DNA from: Vicugna vicugna
Taxonomy: Eukaryota
Direction of reading: 5' to 3'
Assembly: GCA_013265495.1 (NCBI GenBank)
Contig: MU058221.1
Span: 5,378,066 to 5,442,065 of the forward strand
Length of the DNA: 64,000 bases
Shown one piece after another: positions 49,794 through 63,961 of the stretch (position 1 is the first letter of the stretch; each line of letters starts with the position of its first letter). The position numbers were made by a program, and so were the translations under genes. A model generated the notes under the pieces. The model saw only the letters and a program-made list of their open reading frames with translations, was not told where the DNA came from and searched no databases.

Positions 49794-52129
49794 AAATGAG
49801 GCTTTATCTTACACATCTCCCTTTTAAATCTCCTTGCTGGTGCTAAGAACAGTTTAGAACCCAATAACCATTTGTTGAATGAATTAGTGAAAGAAAACCC
49901 TTCTATGATCCACTCTTCCTCTGTTCAGTTCTGAGTGGTGCCGCATATTTGGATCAGAGCTAACCTGAGTAGCTAAATGCCCAAGAAATCAGCTTTCAAG
50001 GGTCCCAATATTCTAATCATTATAGTGGATGTTTAGGATCAGGACACAACTAGCCCATTCCAGGAAATGCCACTCCCCATGGAAAGTCCTTGATAAACAC
50101 ATTTTTACTGATATCTGCCTGTCTTTAGTGTGGAATCCAAAGGCCCAGTCCCTGAGCTCCAGTAACTTTTTGGTGTGAGAGGCTAACTAACAAGAGAAGG
50201 ATTTGAATTGAAACGGGAGCTGTTTCAGGAGGCCTTTATGAAATGCAATCCCATGGGAAAAGTGGAGCTTAATGTGAGCTGGAAATGTTTGAAAATGTTT
50301 TGTAAAAGAGGTAATTGGTAAGGGGAACTTAATGAAGCTTAGAGAGGTGCTCTGGGACCTGAAGTCACAGCTCTCCTAGTGTAAGTCTCTAACCTCTTCT
50401 CTATGCCTCTTAAGCTGAGTTTTTCACCTTCTTGTTTGTTGGATTTGGATACTCATTGGCCAAGAATCCACAGTGCTTTGGGGAGGAATGTCACAAATAG
50501 CCAAAAGCTCACCAGGAGAGGAAACAAACATTTCTGAATTAGGAGAAAGTGGTGCAGCGGCCAGAATTGCTCAGGTAGTAAAAATTCCCAAACCACTTCA
50601 AAGCAATCTGGTTTTTGTCTTCTACTCGGTGGGTCACGACCCCAAGGGCGACAGTTGCTAGGATAGGGAACTCTGGTACCCTTAACAGGAAACTAGACCC
50701 ATCCTCTGGAAGGAGAGGCAGAAATCAGATAAAGGGAGGGGAAGACAGTGCATTCCAAGTAAGGTGAATGAAGATGAGCATTTCCATGGGACTTTGTTGT
50801 TTATAAGGGTCTTTAACAATCTTCTGTATAGTTGCAAATAACCTTGAAGGTATGGTTTAGTATCATTATTATTGTCACTGTTTTAGGTTAAAAAAAAAAC
50901 TGAGGTTCAGAGAGGTTAAAAATCTTGTTCAAGCTCTCTCAGCTATGAAGAAGTACAGAGAAGCCTCAAATCCATGTCCTCTAACCCGGGTGAGTATAGG
51001 AAAACCACGAGAACTAACAACGAAGGCGGCGCAATCCCATCCTGAGACCGGTGAGCTGCTCGCCTAACCAGTCTCCCAGCCTCCTTGTAATTAGAAGTGA
51101 TGTGTGCTTCTTCCCTGCCAGCCCCCAAATCCTTCACGTGCATCCCCTCAAGGTCTCTCTCCCTCTTCCAGTTTGGAACAGTGACTCCAGAAGACGTGCT
51201 CGGAGGGCAAAGTGTAGAGGGGAGGAGCATGGGCTGCAGACACCCACGGAGAGGAGACTCAGCCACAAATCAGGAATACTCATTTGGGGTGCAAAATCAG
51301 CTGTGTTCATCCCCGAGTCACTTGACATTTTTGTTACAGCTGAACCCCAACTAGTTCAGATGCCATCCTATCAGAACAGAGGTCAGCTGTAGCTCCCTAT
51401 TCATTGTTGGGGGGAAATAAATTCCCAGGCACTTCCAGCCATCTATAGCCTCAGGATAGCCCTTTGAGAATGAGCTGCAGGTGCTGGCTGATGGAGGGAG
51501 GCAGGGCAAAAATGGTGGGAAAAAAATCCACAAGCCAAGTACCAGCACTGTCCACCACGTGGGGCCAGACTGCGGCTGGAGAGGAACTTGAGCTTAACGT
51601 TCCATACGGAGGGGACCGTGGCGGGTCTCTGACTTGGGGTATTTCGTAGTGAACATGAGGGAGCCCCGTTGTCTCATGATCTGGTCACCCCAAGTGAGAG
51701 AGCTCTCCCCACCCCCCCAAACACACACACCGAGTGAATGCCATCTCTGAACTCTACTGACTCATTCTCCCACGAACTCTTTTGTCCAGTCCGAGCCCCT
51801 CATCTCTAAGTGGCATATTTAGTTCAAAGAAATGCCATACCCCTCCCTGGGCATTTCTGCCATCCCAGCCAGTTGGCTCAAGTTCAGTTTTCAGTTCCTG
51901 TGACCCTGAGTTCTGGCTGTACGTGGAATCTGGAAAACTAATGGACATTGGTTGAGTGCTCACTATTCACCAGACTATGTGCCAAGCATTTAAAATAGTT
52001 CATTACTCACATTCTTCATGGTCCCTGTGATGTCCAGAGGCTCTTCTGAAAAGGACTCCCGCACAGCTGTTCCTGAATCGGGTCTAGAGCTGTAGGGAAC
52101 GCTTGGCATTCACACTTTATACCTCAGTT

Positions 52130-53470
52130 TATGTCCGTCTGTAAAGTTGTATTGTTTTTATAAATCTTCCACATTTCTTATCTTTCTGTGTATAGTAAAT
52201 AGGATTCTTTTTCTGTGATGTTTTGAAATGGGCTACTGTTTGTTTATTAGAACATGATTTTTGTATGTTGTCTTTGAACCTGGCCACCTTTCTAAACTCT
52301 CTCAATTTTACTAGTTTTTTAAGTTATTCTCTTTGATTTTCTAAGCAGAGAAGTATCTTCTAAGTAGTAAATATCTTGTAATAGAGAAGATAATGAGTTT
52401 GTAGAGGCTTTTGGACATATAATTCATACACTGTACAATTTACCTATTTAAAGAGCACAATGTCTCTTTAGTATATTCACAGAGTCATACAACTGTTACC
52501 ACAATCAATTTCAGAACATTGAATGGCAATTAACAAAAAAAATTATTTTCCCTTATTGAATTGGTGAGGGTCACCAGCAGACTGCTAAGTAGTGATGGCG
52601 ATCATGGTCAGTCTTGTCCCTTTCCTGGTTTTTCTGGAATGTCTGATTTTTCACCACTGAATAGGATATTTGCTAATGGTTTTTGGTAGTTAGACATTAT
52701 CGGGATAAGAAAGTGCCCTACCTCAGCTTGCCAAGAAGACTATGCTCTATTTACAAATAGGCATACATTTTATCAAAGTCATTTATCAAAGCACTTATTG
52801 TAATGGGGATGTCTTTTCTCCCTTTTAATCTATTCGTGTAGCAAATTAATAGATTCTCTGTGAACAGATTCCCTCAATTCTTCATGTATAATCCTTTCAA
52901 GATTCCATTGGATTTAATTTGCTGATAGTCTATTTAGAATTTTTGCCTTTAAATTTTTAGTGTAATTAGCCTATAGTTACTTCCTTCCCTCCTCCTCCCT
53001 TCCTTCATGTGCTGTCACATGAGCCAAGGTCACGCTTTTCTCAGGATGTTTGCAGGTAATGACCAAACAAGACTAAAGAAGGTACAAATGCCTGGCCATT
53101 TCTGCAGGATCCTCTAACTGGCAGCCTTTTCTTGGGAGCTTCTCATTGGGCTGGCGGACAGCCCCAGCTGACACACATACTCCCCTTTCCAGCTTGGTAT
53201 GAAACCTTGTCGATGTTCATTTCCTGCATTCTGAAAGAATTTCTGTGCCATAGAGAATTGAAAATTAGATTTAATTCACCATAAAACCACCTGAGCATGT
53301 GGGTTTTTTTTTTTTTTTTAAGGGAAAGACCTTTGACAACAATTCTAATTGCGTCTGTGTTTTTGACCTGTTCAGGTCTGCTTTGTCCTCCTGTATACAT
53401 ATTGGTAATTTGTATTTTTCTAGAAAATTCTGTATTTTGATTCAGATTTTAAATGTTTTGATTAACATAG
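52130..53470 (-). mobile_element. Old fragmented L1 with a nested L1MB-like 3' end (~52395-52520)
   Basis: tttcaccactgaataggatatttgct...tttagaatttttgcct...ttcaccataaaaccacctgag. Confidence 0.55.
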
Positions 53471-53864
53471 AGGCCCCTATCCTATAAGCTAGAGAGAATT
53501 ACAGGAATCTAAGCAGCCTCTTGGGACCTGGTTTACTGCTGGAACCTTGTGGGTGGCACCCTGGCACTGTGAGAAACTTCTGGAAACCAACTTGGTGCCT
53601 AAGCCCGAATGAAAAAGCAGTGCAGTGCAAACATGTTAGCTCTGGAAGAGGCCTTAGACACTACCTTGCAGATAAGGAAACAGGCACAGACAGGGGAAAG
53701 TGGCTTGCCCTCACCCACACGGCTCTGTAATAACAGAGTCGGGGCTGCACCCCAAACCTCCCCACTCCCAGCCCTATTTGGGCTGCAGCCAATCTGACAG
53801 TTTCTTGAGAGGCACTGAGGGGAGGGTTCCTGGGACTCTGGAGGTGGTATCAGCCTCATTGTGA

Positions 53865-54075
53865 GTGGGACCGGGGTTTGACACCTGGCTCCACGGCCAT
53901 GGGCAAGTTACTTAATCTCTCAGCTTGGGTTTCCTCAGAGATACCATAAGAATAACAATATCTTCCTCCTCGGGGTGCTGTGAGATTTAAATGGAACGTT
54001 ATCTATGGAGAACTTAGCACAACACTTGGACCCAGTATGCACTCATTCCACGGAACCACTAATACTGTTACTAAT
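53865..54075 (+). mobile_element. MIR SINE
   Basis: gggcaagttacttaatctctcagcttgggtttcctc...gtgagatttaaatgg...acttagcac. Confidence 0.7.
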
Positions 54076-55461
54076 AAATGCTCTGTTCTGAGCTTCTGGG
54101 AAACCAGCTTTTGGCTCTGGTGCAACACTTGCTAGCTGTGACTTTAATCAGAGCAATCCTCAAGGTGGTAATATTCTCTGTATTTTACAAGTAAGGAACC
54201 TGATATGCACGTCCAACCTCAAGTCTTCAGACCTGGATCAAACGCAACCATCGTTTTCTGATAAACCTCTGGGCAGGTGTGGTCTCGGCAAAATGACCAT
54301 TCAGGAGAATGTGTTTTAGTGCCTCCTCCATCTCTTTCCAAGCCTCTCCCCAGGTTGGCGTGAGAAAGAGGAAGCTGGGGACAGTCTGATATTTCCGGGT
54401 GAGAGTGACCAGTGCCCTAGGGAGCCCTCAAGGCAATCTGATGAAGAATCTGCCATGTACTCAAGAGCCAAGGGGACGGACGGTTGGTGAGGCCTCTTCC
54501 ACAAGCATGGCCCTGTGCCCTTGTGGCTGAGACAGTGCTTGGTGGCACCAAGCAAAGGTACCTGACCCCAAAGGAGGCTGCAAAATTGTGCGTTTCCTCA
54601 ACAACGACCAATCAATACACTTCAGTCTAGAAACTCATCATGTGCTATCAGAACGTACACTCACGGAGCTCCCAAAGCCAAGTCTAGTCCAGACAGTGGT
54701 TTCCTGGAGAGAGATGGGGTTATAGGTATAAAAGACTAGAGAAGCTTTTAGCAACACAGTTTATTTTCTCATTCTCCTGGCCAGACCCAGCTCCCCCTAC
54801 AGCCCTCCCCTCTGTCTTATTTACCTCTTTCCATTATATCTCCTGCCTCTCATCCCTCCTACTTCAGATAACCTCTAAACTCCATCACCAGGCACAGAAA
54901 CTGCCGGAGTTCTAAACGCAGCTGGAAAAGCATTCTGAGATTTTGCATCTGGCAGTGACTATCTCACCTCTTAACCAAACCTGGTGGGAAGAACTTCGTT
55001 CCAAATCTGGCCCCCTGCCCAGTGGGGTCAGGGTGTGGCTGGTGCAAGATTAAGTTCTGTAATGTATCAGCAGTAGAGTTGCATTTAATAAAAGTCAAAG
55101 AGCTTCCGAACACACATGTCAGAGGAGAAAAGAAGCAAGTTGCAGAGGCAGGGTGTGGGATGGGCACTGGGGGAAGATGTTTCTCTTAGGACCACAGGCT
55201 CAGGGTCCTAAGGGCCATGAAGGAATCCTTGCTAGGACTAGGAAGCAACAGCAATCAGTTAATTCATTCCACCAATACTTCTTGGTGCTGTTCTAGACAC
55301 CGGGGCTGCCAAAGGTCAGTGCTAGAGATGGCTGCTTGTAAGGTAAGGGTTTTTATCTGAGAACGATCTCCCAGAAAAGACTAACTCCAAGCAGTCTTAC
55401 ATTGGAGTCTTTCGTCTCCTTGCTTTCATGCTTCCCTGCTTGCTTCTTTGGTCCCTCTTCC

Positions 55462-55625
55462 CATCCCCTCTTTTTCCTTTCCTTCCTCCCATCCTTCCTT
55501 CCTCCCTCCCATCCTTCCTTCCTCCCTCCCTCCCTCCCTTCTTTCCTCCCTCCCTCCCTTCCTTCCTTCCTTCCTTCCTTCCTTCCTTCCTTCCTTCCTT
55601 CCTTCCTTCCTTCTTCTTCTTCTTA
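55462..55625. repeat. (CCTT/CCCT)n microsatellite
   Basis: Seen directly in the sequence. Confidence 0.95.
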
Positions 55626-56397
55626 AGTAATGACAACTGTCCAGGAAAGATGCTTTGGCCTGAAATGACCTCAGTTAATGCTAGTTTGTATGTTTATAAA
55701 GGTCACCCAATGACACTGGTGGAAAAAAATAGGCCAAAAAATTTTAGCACAAATTTAGTAAGTCTCCCTGGGGATAAGACCTCACGACGAAAAGAGCTAC
55801 ATGTTTTCGTCAACAAGGCTTTTAAAGGTCACTTTAAAATACAAGCTCTGGAGATGACAGGTATATATTTATACCTCCTGGGTAAATGGAGGAGAAAAAC
55901 AGTCCCAACACTGTGTGAATGGGTAACTGTGGTTTCAGTTAAAATTTCCAAGGTTAGCATCACATGTGGGTTCAGAAAGTTACCATTTCTCGAGCAGTTT
56001 GGGTGATGCGAAATGATACGGGGAAAACTGAGTCAGAGGCGCAGAAAGTGCTCCTCACAAGGCTGTTACTTCCCCACAGCCAGTGCGTGGGGCTGCTCTC
56101 CTTCCAGCTCCCATTCCTCAGGCCCTGGGGGAGCGGGAGTGGGGGGCGCTGTCTCCTTTGCTTGCTCCTCATTGCTGTTTCCAAATCATTCTCCCTCCTT
56201 CCTTCCTATAGAAACACCTGGTTGAATTTCCCCTTGACTCTCATCGGACTGTACCACTCACCCGTCCATCTTGCCAGCACCTGCAGACCCCAGGTTCCCC
56301 GAGGATTCCGAGTTCACACTCACTGGCTCCAGTGCTCCTTTCGTTTTATCTCATGGTGATTTCAGTATGCAGGCAGACGATCCTCCCCATGTCCCGG

Positions 56398-56759
56398 TGT
56401 CGTGGTCCGTTTGGGCCACCATAACAGAGGACCACAGACTGGATGGCTTATAAACAACAGAAATTTATTTCCCACATTTCTGGAGATTGGGAAGTCCAAG
56501 ATCATCAAGTCACCCACAGATTGGGTGTCTGGGGAGGATCCTCTTCCTGGCCATCTCTTTGCTGCGTCTTCACACGGCGGAAGGGGCAAGGGTGGGCTCT
56601 GGGGTCTCTTTAGAAGGATGCTAATTCCATTCACAAGGGCTGCACCCTCACGACCTAACCATCTCCCAAAGGTGCCACTCCTAATACCATCACATTGGAG
56701 GTTAGGTTGCAACACGTGAGTTTGGGGGGTTGGGGGATACAAACATCCAGTCCCTAGCA
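56398..56759 (-). mobile_element. MLT1A-like LTR
   Basis: ggcttataaacaacagaaatttatt...gaagtccaagatca...ctcctaataccatcaca...acaaacatccagtccctagca. Confidence 0.85.
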
Positions 56760-58434
56760 CTCAGCCTTTCAGCTCGTGACCTACTCTCCACCCGTGACCT
56801 TGGCACCTCAACCCCGACCACTCCCTCCCACGGTCATACCCTGGGACCCATCACCACCACCATTATCTCAGCTTTTAGCAACCCACTCTCCAGCCACTAT
56901 GCTTTATCTTTGAAGCTCACTCCTTCTCTTCCACGGACTCCAATAATTCTTCTTCCAGTTTGGACCTACAGTCTATGACTCGCCGTGTTTTCACTGATAA
57001 ATAGTCCCTTCATTGCCTGCTGAGGCCCTGGGTGAGTGGCTGGCAAGGGGATGGTAAGGATTAGCAATGATGCTATAAAGGGTGCAGGTACTTGATAAAT
57101 GGGACTAACTTCACCTCTGTTACTCTCCGTTCTTATAGCTGCAGGGGCTTGTCACCAAAGCTGTATGGGGAGGGGTCTTTGTGGTTGAGGAGAAGCCCCC
57201 TCTCTCCTCCTCACCCCGCCCCTTCCGCTAACCCGGCTGTGGGTTCTCTTGGCACAAAGGGCTGGAAGTGGAGGTCGTGGTGCGTTCCCCACTGGTGGTT
57301 CCACTGAGGCTCTGTCTTTGGCAAATAAATTTCAACTTACCTGTCAGTGTCAACCCCTTGTTAGTAGTGTCCTGAGGCGCCCCATGGAGAGCTCTGGGCT
57401 TGTAAAAGGGAGTGCCGTGATTGACTGGCCACGTCTGCGAGGCTTAGGAGAGGGGCCGGGACGTGCAAGTTGTATCCCCAAGACCAGACTCCCTCCACAG
57501 TGGGCCTGCTGAGACCAGCTTCCCCAGAAACAGACAAGGATTCCTGGGCAAGCAGTTTGTCCGAGAAATGATACAGGAGCAGGGAGTGAGACAGGGATGA
57601 GAGGGAAGGGGAGGGCATCAAAGCAGAGTGACTTACCCAGCAGGTCACCACTCAGAGCATCCGAGGCTCAGCCGGGGCTCCTCTGGGAGAGAGTGGGGAA
57701 CACACCTCAGACCTGCCCCACCCAAGAGGGGAGGGAGGGGGACGTTTTCCTCCAACGCCCCTCAACTTCCAGTGCAGCCCAGGACAAAACCCTGGGGTGG
57801 GGGTCACGGCCTGCAGGTGGACACCTTTGGCAAGTGTGAGCAGGATGCTGGCAGGGGGTGCCTTCCCCATCTAGATGACCAGCCAACTCTGACCATGAGC
57901 TCAACACCAGCAACTTGCTCCTCCAGGAAAAGAGACGCAACTCCAAGTTGACTGGGGTGAGCTGTGCACCGAGTGAGCCCAGAGACATGGGCTATGGGGT
58001 CAGCCAATTCTGGCCAAGCTGTGTGACTTCAGGGGACCCCCAGACTTCCCAGCATCCTCCTGATAACCTGGAGGCAACGGTTCCTGCCCATGGGGTGCTG
58101 TGAGGATCCCCTGCGCTTCCCCACCCAGAGGTTTCCCTGACACTCAGCTAAGTCATCATTTGCTGCCTCCGCCCGGGCTCTTCTGCGCAGCTCTGCACAC
58201 AACTCACCCCACACACAGTAAAATACAAACTGCCCGGAAGCCCAGCCCCTTTCTACTTGAGAAGATCGGAGGGGACGGTCTTCAGCTGGTAGAACCAGGC
58301 GAGAGGCCTCCAGCCGTAGCACCAGGTTCCAGCTCTCCAGCGCACCAAGCTGGCAGCCCACTGTGGGTGGGAAGGGGCATCAGAACTTCTTTTTATCCTC
58401 AGTTTTAGTTTTCCTTTTAAAAGTTGCTTGTGGT

Positions 58435-58560
58435 GGGGAGAGGCTAGCTCAGCGGTACAGTGCAGTGCTCACCATGCTGTTAGGTCCTGTGTTCAGCCCC
58501 TGGTACCTCCATTAAAAATATCATTAATAAACCAAATTCCGCCCCACTAAAGATTTAAAA
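58435..58560 (+). mobile_element. Degenerate vic-1-like SINE
   Basis: ggggagaggctagctcagcggtacag...aggtcctgtgttcagcccctggtacctcca plus tail. Confidence 0.75.
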
Positions 58561-59377
58561 ATTGTAAGTCACTATGTTCTACATCTTGTGTAATGTTTTA
58601 CATCAACTATACCTCAAAAAATTTTTTAAAGTTGTTTTTGCTTTTTTTAAATAACAACCATGATAGAATTACATCAGCATAATTTAAGCATAAACTAGTT
58701 AGGGTGTGTGCTCAAAAGTGTCTTACAGGTGTGTGATCCAAAAAGTTTGCAAACAACAGCAATAGATCTTTCTTTCTTGGCCTGGATAACACATGTCTGG
58801 CCTCTGGTCTGGATGACACATGTCTGGCCTCTGTTCTCTCTGGACTCTCCCCACACCCCACCCTGTCTTTAGTCGCATTCTCTCCTCATAGAATTGCATC
58901 TTGCGGCTGTTCAGCTCCTGGCCTCGCAAGGTTTGCGAAGAAAACTGTGACCTGTTACTTGTATAATCACCACTTGGATTTCCTTTCCTGGGCCTCTTGC
59001 AATCTCCACTGTCACGTCCCACACCTGTCACATCTCTAATCAGAGACTGTCCGTGTCTTCCGGGCTGCGGCCACAGACCAAGTCCAGGTTCCTGCATGAG
59101 CTGATCTGGGCCTACCCACTTCCTGTTTCCTGACGTGTGCCCCAGCCGGACCACGCCTTTGCAGTCCTCCAGGGCACCCACCTCTGTTCCTTCTCCTGAG
59201 GTGTGACTAGCCCCAGCCCTGCAGGTCTAAATCCCCTCTGCCTTTGAGGCCCAGTGCAGTAACCACATCTACCACGAAGTTTCCCAGGAGCCTCCAGCCA
59301 CCAGCAAACATCCTATAGCGCCCCCTGGATACCCACACAGCCCCAGTGAGACTTTCTTCCCAGGTACTGATTTGGGT

Positions 59378-60853
59378 CAGGACCAACTCCACAATTTGTG
59401 AGCCAAGTACAAAAGGAACATACAGGGGTCCCTTCAAAAAAGAAGAAGAGGTGCCATTGAAGGTACTCAAATATAAACTTTTTTCCTTTCTTCTTGACTG
59501 AAATCTTTCTCTTGACTGGTCATGGCGTTTTTGTTTTCTGTTTAGTGTTGTGGTCTCTTGGGTGTGGGGCTACTGAAGGCAGACCCCCCCACAGACACCT
59601 GGCCACCCCTGCCCTCCACACCTCGGTGCTCAGACATCACTGGCCCCCCGATTCCCTGCCCACCATGGCTGCTGGACCAGTATGTAGAGTCAGTCATCAC
59701 CCTTCCTGTGGGCCTGGCAGATGGGCCACCCCTATGGGGGATGTGCTAGGCACCTGGATCAGGGGAGGGCAGAGGTCTGCTGAGTGGCCGGCACCACCAG
59801 CCTGGGGCAGAGACATGTGCCCCAGCCCCTCTAGCCAAAGCTGAGAGGGGCAGTGGCTTCTGGGCAGCGGCAGGGAGGGGAGCTGGGAGAGCCTGGGACA
59901 CTGGGGGTCAGGGGAGTGGGCAGCCAAGACCACATCCTGCGAAGGTGGCAGAAGACAGTGTGGCATGTGAGCCGAGGCTCCAAGCCACTAGCACATGTTC
60001 TTTTGTCCCACTGGTCATCACTTACAAAATACAAACTCAGAAATAAAATTATTAAAGGCTTCACGTATCCTCATGTTCATAACAGCACTATTCACAGTAG
60101 CCAAGCTATGAAAACAACCTAAGGGTCTGCCAGCAGCTGAATGGCCAAAGAAAATGTGGTATCTATTTATCCATAGATAGACACACAATGGAATAATATT
60201 CAGCCATGAAAAGAGAATGAAATTTTTAACATTTGCACCAACATGGATGGACTTTGAGGGCTTTATGCCAAGTGAAGTAAGTCAGAGGAAGACAAGGACC
60301 ACCTGATCTCATTTACATGTGGAATCTGAAACAAAAACAAAACCAAAATCCCCCGCAAAACCAAACTCACGGATACAGAACATGGACTGGCGGTTACCAG
60401 AGGTGGGGTGGTGAGGGGGTGGGGTGGGAACGTGGGTGGGAGAAATGGGTGAAGGCAGTCAAAAGACGCAGTCTTCCATTTATAAAATAAAAAACCCATG
60501 GGGACGTAATGTACAGCATAGTTGATAATACTGTTGCCTGTTTGAAAATTGCTAGGTGGGTAGATCTTAAACGTCTCATCACAAGGAAAAACATTTTTAA
60601 ACTCTGAATGGCAACTGATGTTAACCTCACTTAGGGTCGTGATCATTTTGTAAAATATACAAATATAAAGCTGTTAGGAAACTAACATGAATCACCTGAA
60701 ACTAATATCATGTCATATATCAATTGTATCTCAATTTTTTGAATTATTAAAAACTTCAAGACAGTGCACATAGAGCATTAATCCTCAGATGTGGGTCTCT
60801 TCTGACCGTAGGGACTGTGACTGCACTGGCCTCACACCCATGAGTCAGGCCCT
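59378..60853. mobile_element. Zaphod/MER91/MER115-like hAT-Tip100 element interrupted by L1
   Basis: MER91-like ends: caggaccaactccacaatttgtgagcc...ggggtcccttcaaaaa and aattattaaaaacttcaagac...agagcattaa...catgagtcaggccctg. Confidence 0.5.
60064..60741 (+). mobile_element. L1 (L1MA-like) 3' end with TSD
   Basis: atgttcataacagcactattcacagtagccaag...atttacatgtggaatct...caattgtatctcaa; TSD aattattaaa[gg/aa]cttca at 60047-60063 and 60742-60758. Confidence 0.85.
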
Positions 60854-61057
60854 GTTGGAGGTTATGACTATTAACGCTCACTGTGTACGTCAGATTTCCA
60901 CTGTGCTTCCCCAAGTGCTGCTCAAACCATGGCTGAAACACGAGATGGCTTTAGGCAATAGGTGAGCAAGTATTTAACCCATTTTAGTAGTTTATGTTTA
61001 TTTTAATGTGTATTAGAAACAAGGATGATGATCACATAAAAATTAAGACAGTGATAC

Positions 61058-61385
61058 TGTCTTGGTCAGTTTGGGCTGCTACAACAAAGCTTGATAAACC
61101 GGGTGGCTTATCAGCAACAAATTTATTTCTCACATTCCTGGAGGCTGGAAGTCTGAGGTCAGGGCTCTGGGGAGAGTCCTCTTCTGGGTTGCCCATTGCC
61201 GGTTTCTCAGTGTAGCCTCACTTGGTGAAAAGAGAGAAAAAGCTCTCCAGGGTCCCTTTTATGGGGACACTAATGCCATCCATGAGGGCTCCATCCTCTT
61301 GACCTAGTTATCCCCCAAAGGCTCCGGGCGGGTTAGGTTTCAACATGAGAATTTTGGAGGGACACAAACATCCAGTCCAGAATAG
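61058..61385 (-). mobile_element. MLT1A-like LTR
   Basis: tgtcttggtcagtttgggctgct...aatttatttctcaca...ggagggacacaaacatccagtcca. Confidence 0.8.
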
Positions 61386-63926
61386 ATACACAGAGTCACT
61401 TTGGAAACAAATTTATCGAAGGAAAAAAATGTCAGTTGCTCTAAAGAAAAGTATTAAGTAAACAGTAGTACCTGGGGTACTAAAATGTGGCAAAAAATGA
61501 GAAGATGGCACTCAGAGTTTGGGAAGTGCCACACTAGACTGTCAGCGCCTTGTGGTCCCACCTAGCCTGCCTACCTATGCCCTCTGCCTGCTCCATCAGC
61601 CTCCCCCAGCCCTTCCTCCAAGGGCAGCCGGTGCTGAGTGAATGAATAAGCCAATCAACCAGCCAAAACTGGGACGCTCAGAGCCTCAGCCTCTCCTTTG
61701 AAAATTTCATTTGCAGGACTTTTTCTGATTAGCCACCTTACGTGGGATTCATTTCTATACATTTTGGAAACAATCCCTATAGAAATGAATTCCTTTAAAA
61801 TACCTGGCGCTTGTTCTGGAATTGCCCGCCTGCCTCCCTTTTGGGGGGCATCTCCATGACCACCAAGTTCAGAAACTTGCCTGGGGACATTCACAGAAGG
61901 AAGCAAAGTGTCCTCTCATCCAGCCTTGGGCTCCTAGCCCGGAGGCTGTGTCCTGCAGTTGGTCCAAGATGACACTTGGTGACATGTGCTTTCCCGAGGG
62001 GTCACCTTGTAGGGATAACATGACTAGAAAATATCAGTTGATAGCGTTTGTGAGGTCCTGGATGAACAAGTGGTCAAAGCTTTATCATCAGAGAGCTGTC
62101 AGCCCTTAGAGAAATGGTCTCCAGCTTCACTTTTCAATCAAATTTCACATTATCACACATCAGAGCCACAAAGATTGAAATGTCATCCATGACAAACACT
62201 TTGGAAGCAAAGTTTTTAAAAATGGAGGAAAAAGAGAAACGCATATTTAATGATTATAGGCCAAGCCACCACCTGCAGTTCATTGCTCTCTGCCAGGTGG
62301 CCTTTTTTTTTTTTTCTTGAATCATCACTAATACATGTTTATATGGGTTATTTTCTGTTGCTATTTAATCAATGGCAAAGAAGGACCTGGCATGCTGTTC
62401 TCCATCTCCTAGAACCTATCACTAGTGTGTTCTTTATTTTTTGAATGAGAAACTTCGTTTTGAAGTTTTGAGGGAAGCATCTCCAATGAACTGATGCATT
62501 TCAAGACTTACCCGTCACATAAATCAAGAGATGGATGTACCTGCTCAGTGAAAATTCAAATATAGGTATGAGTGAGTTAGGAAGTGAAAATTTCCCCACA
62601 ATAATGCTTTCTAGATATGATTGATAAGTTTCTAGTCCTCAGTACATTTTTCCAGATTTTGTCTGTGCTTGTGTGTACACACACACACACACGCGCACTG
62701 CAGGATGTTACTCATGGTGCTGTAAGATTGACCTCTTTCACTTGCCTTGTCTTGGACGTCTTTTCACATCAGTTCATAGAGATCCACTGTGTGAGAGGAC
62801 TTTTTAAAGTGATTTGTCAGACTCAGTAAAGTGTAGTGATTCCAAGGGGCTGCTGAACTTGACTTTCTTCCCATCATCCCAGGACAATAGAAAAGAATTT
62901 CTCCAACTCTTGGGAAATGGCCGACTCTTCTCTGAGATCATCCCACGCTCACTTCCCACAACCCACACCCCGTCTGCCCGGCCCTGCTGCATGCAGATCC
63001 CCACAGTCCTGACCACACACACCCGCCTGGCCCGAAAGGGGAGCCCAGGCAGACCCAGTTTATTGACTGACCACCTTCCTTACAGGAAAAGTCTGAGTTC
63101 TAGAGAAAAATTAATTCACTCCAAAATATACAAAGAAAACCTGCATAATCGAAATGAATAAATGTTTAATTAAATGTCTACAAAGTAGACCATCATGTCA
63201 ATTTCATTAATTGATAAATAATGAAATAATTAGTATTTGTGTTAATTTCATTACATCTGAAAAGTGAAGGTCACATTTCCTCCTCTGCAAGAGTGGGTGG
63301 AGATTGCCAAGAAATAACGCATGTGGCTTATATCTTATTGTTTTAAAAAGCAAAATTTTTAAAACCACCTAAAATATTTTACAATTAGAAAACATACACA
63401 TGTGTATGTGAGTACTTTCTGTGGATGTGTACTTGCATCTGTCATAGTCAGGGTGGGTTGTGCTTGATGGGTTATTGGGACAGAGTCTTTGAAAGAAAGC
63501 GGAGGGTCCAGGGGCTGCCCAGGTCTTCGTGGGGCCCAGGCCACCCCCCGGAGCCCTGCGCTCGGCCAGCATCCCATTCTGCAGTCAGGAGACAGAAGTC
63601 GTGCCAAGTTCAGAGGAAGTTCTTTTGAATAACCTCTTAAAATAAAAGTCCCTAGCGTGCAGGGCAGGATATTAGTGGTCTGGGGACTAGGAGATTCAGA
63701 GGCAGAATTTAGACAGCAGACAGAAGTGGAATCCCACAGCCTGGAAAGTGACCTCTAGAAAAATGTCAAGTTCTGTCATTAGTGCCAATGCCTTTACTGG
63801 CCTAGGTCCCCACTGAACTTCAGTGCGAGTAGCTTCAGCAGAAAAATTGTTCTTTTATTCTTAAAAAAAAATTCCAGTGTTAACGTGTAATAAATTGCAT
63901 GTATCTTAGGAGTGTGGTCTAATGAC

Positions 63927-63960
<34 letters not shown>
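63927..63960. repeat. (TG)n microsatellite
   Basis: Seen directly in the sequence. Confidence 0.95.
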
Positions 63961-63961
<1 letters not shown>

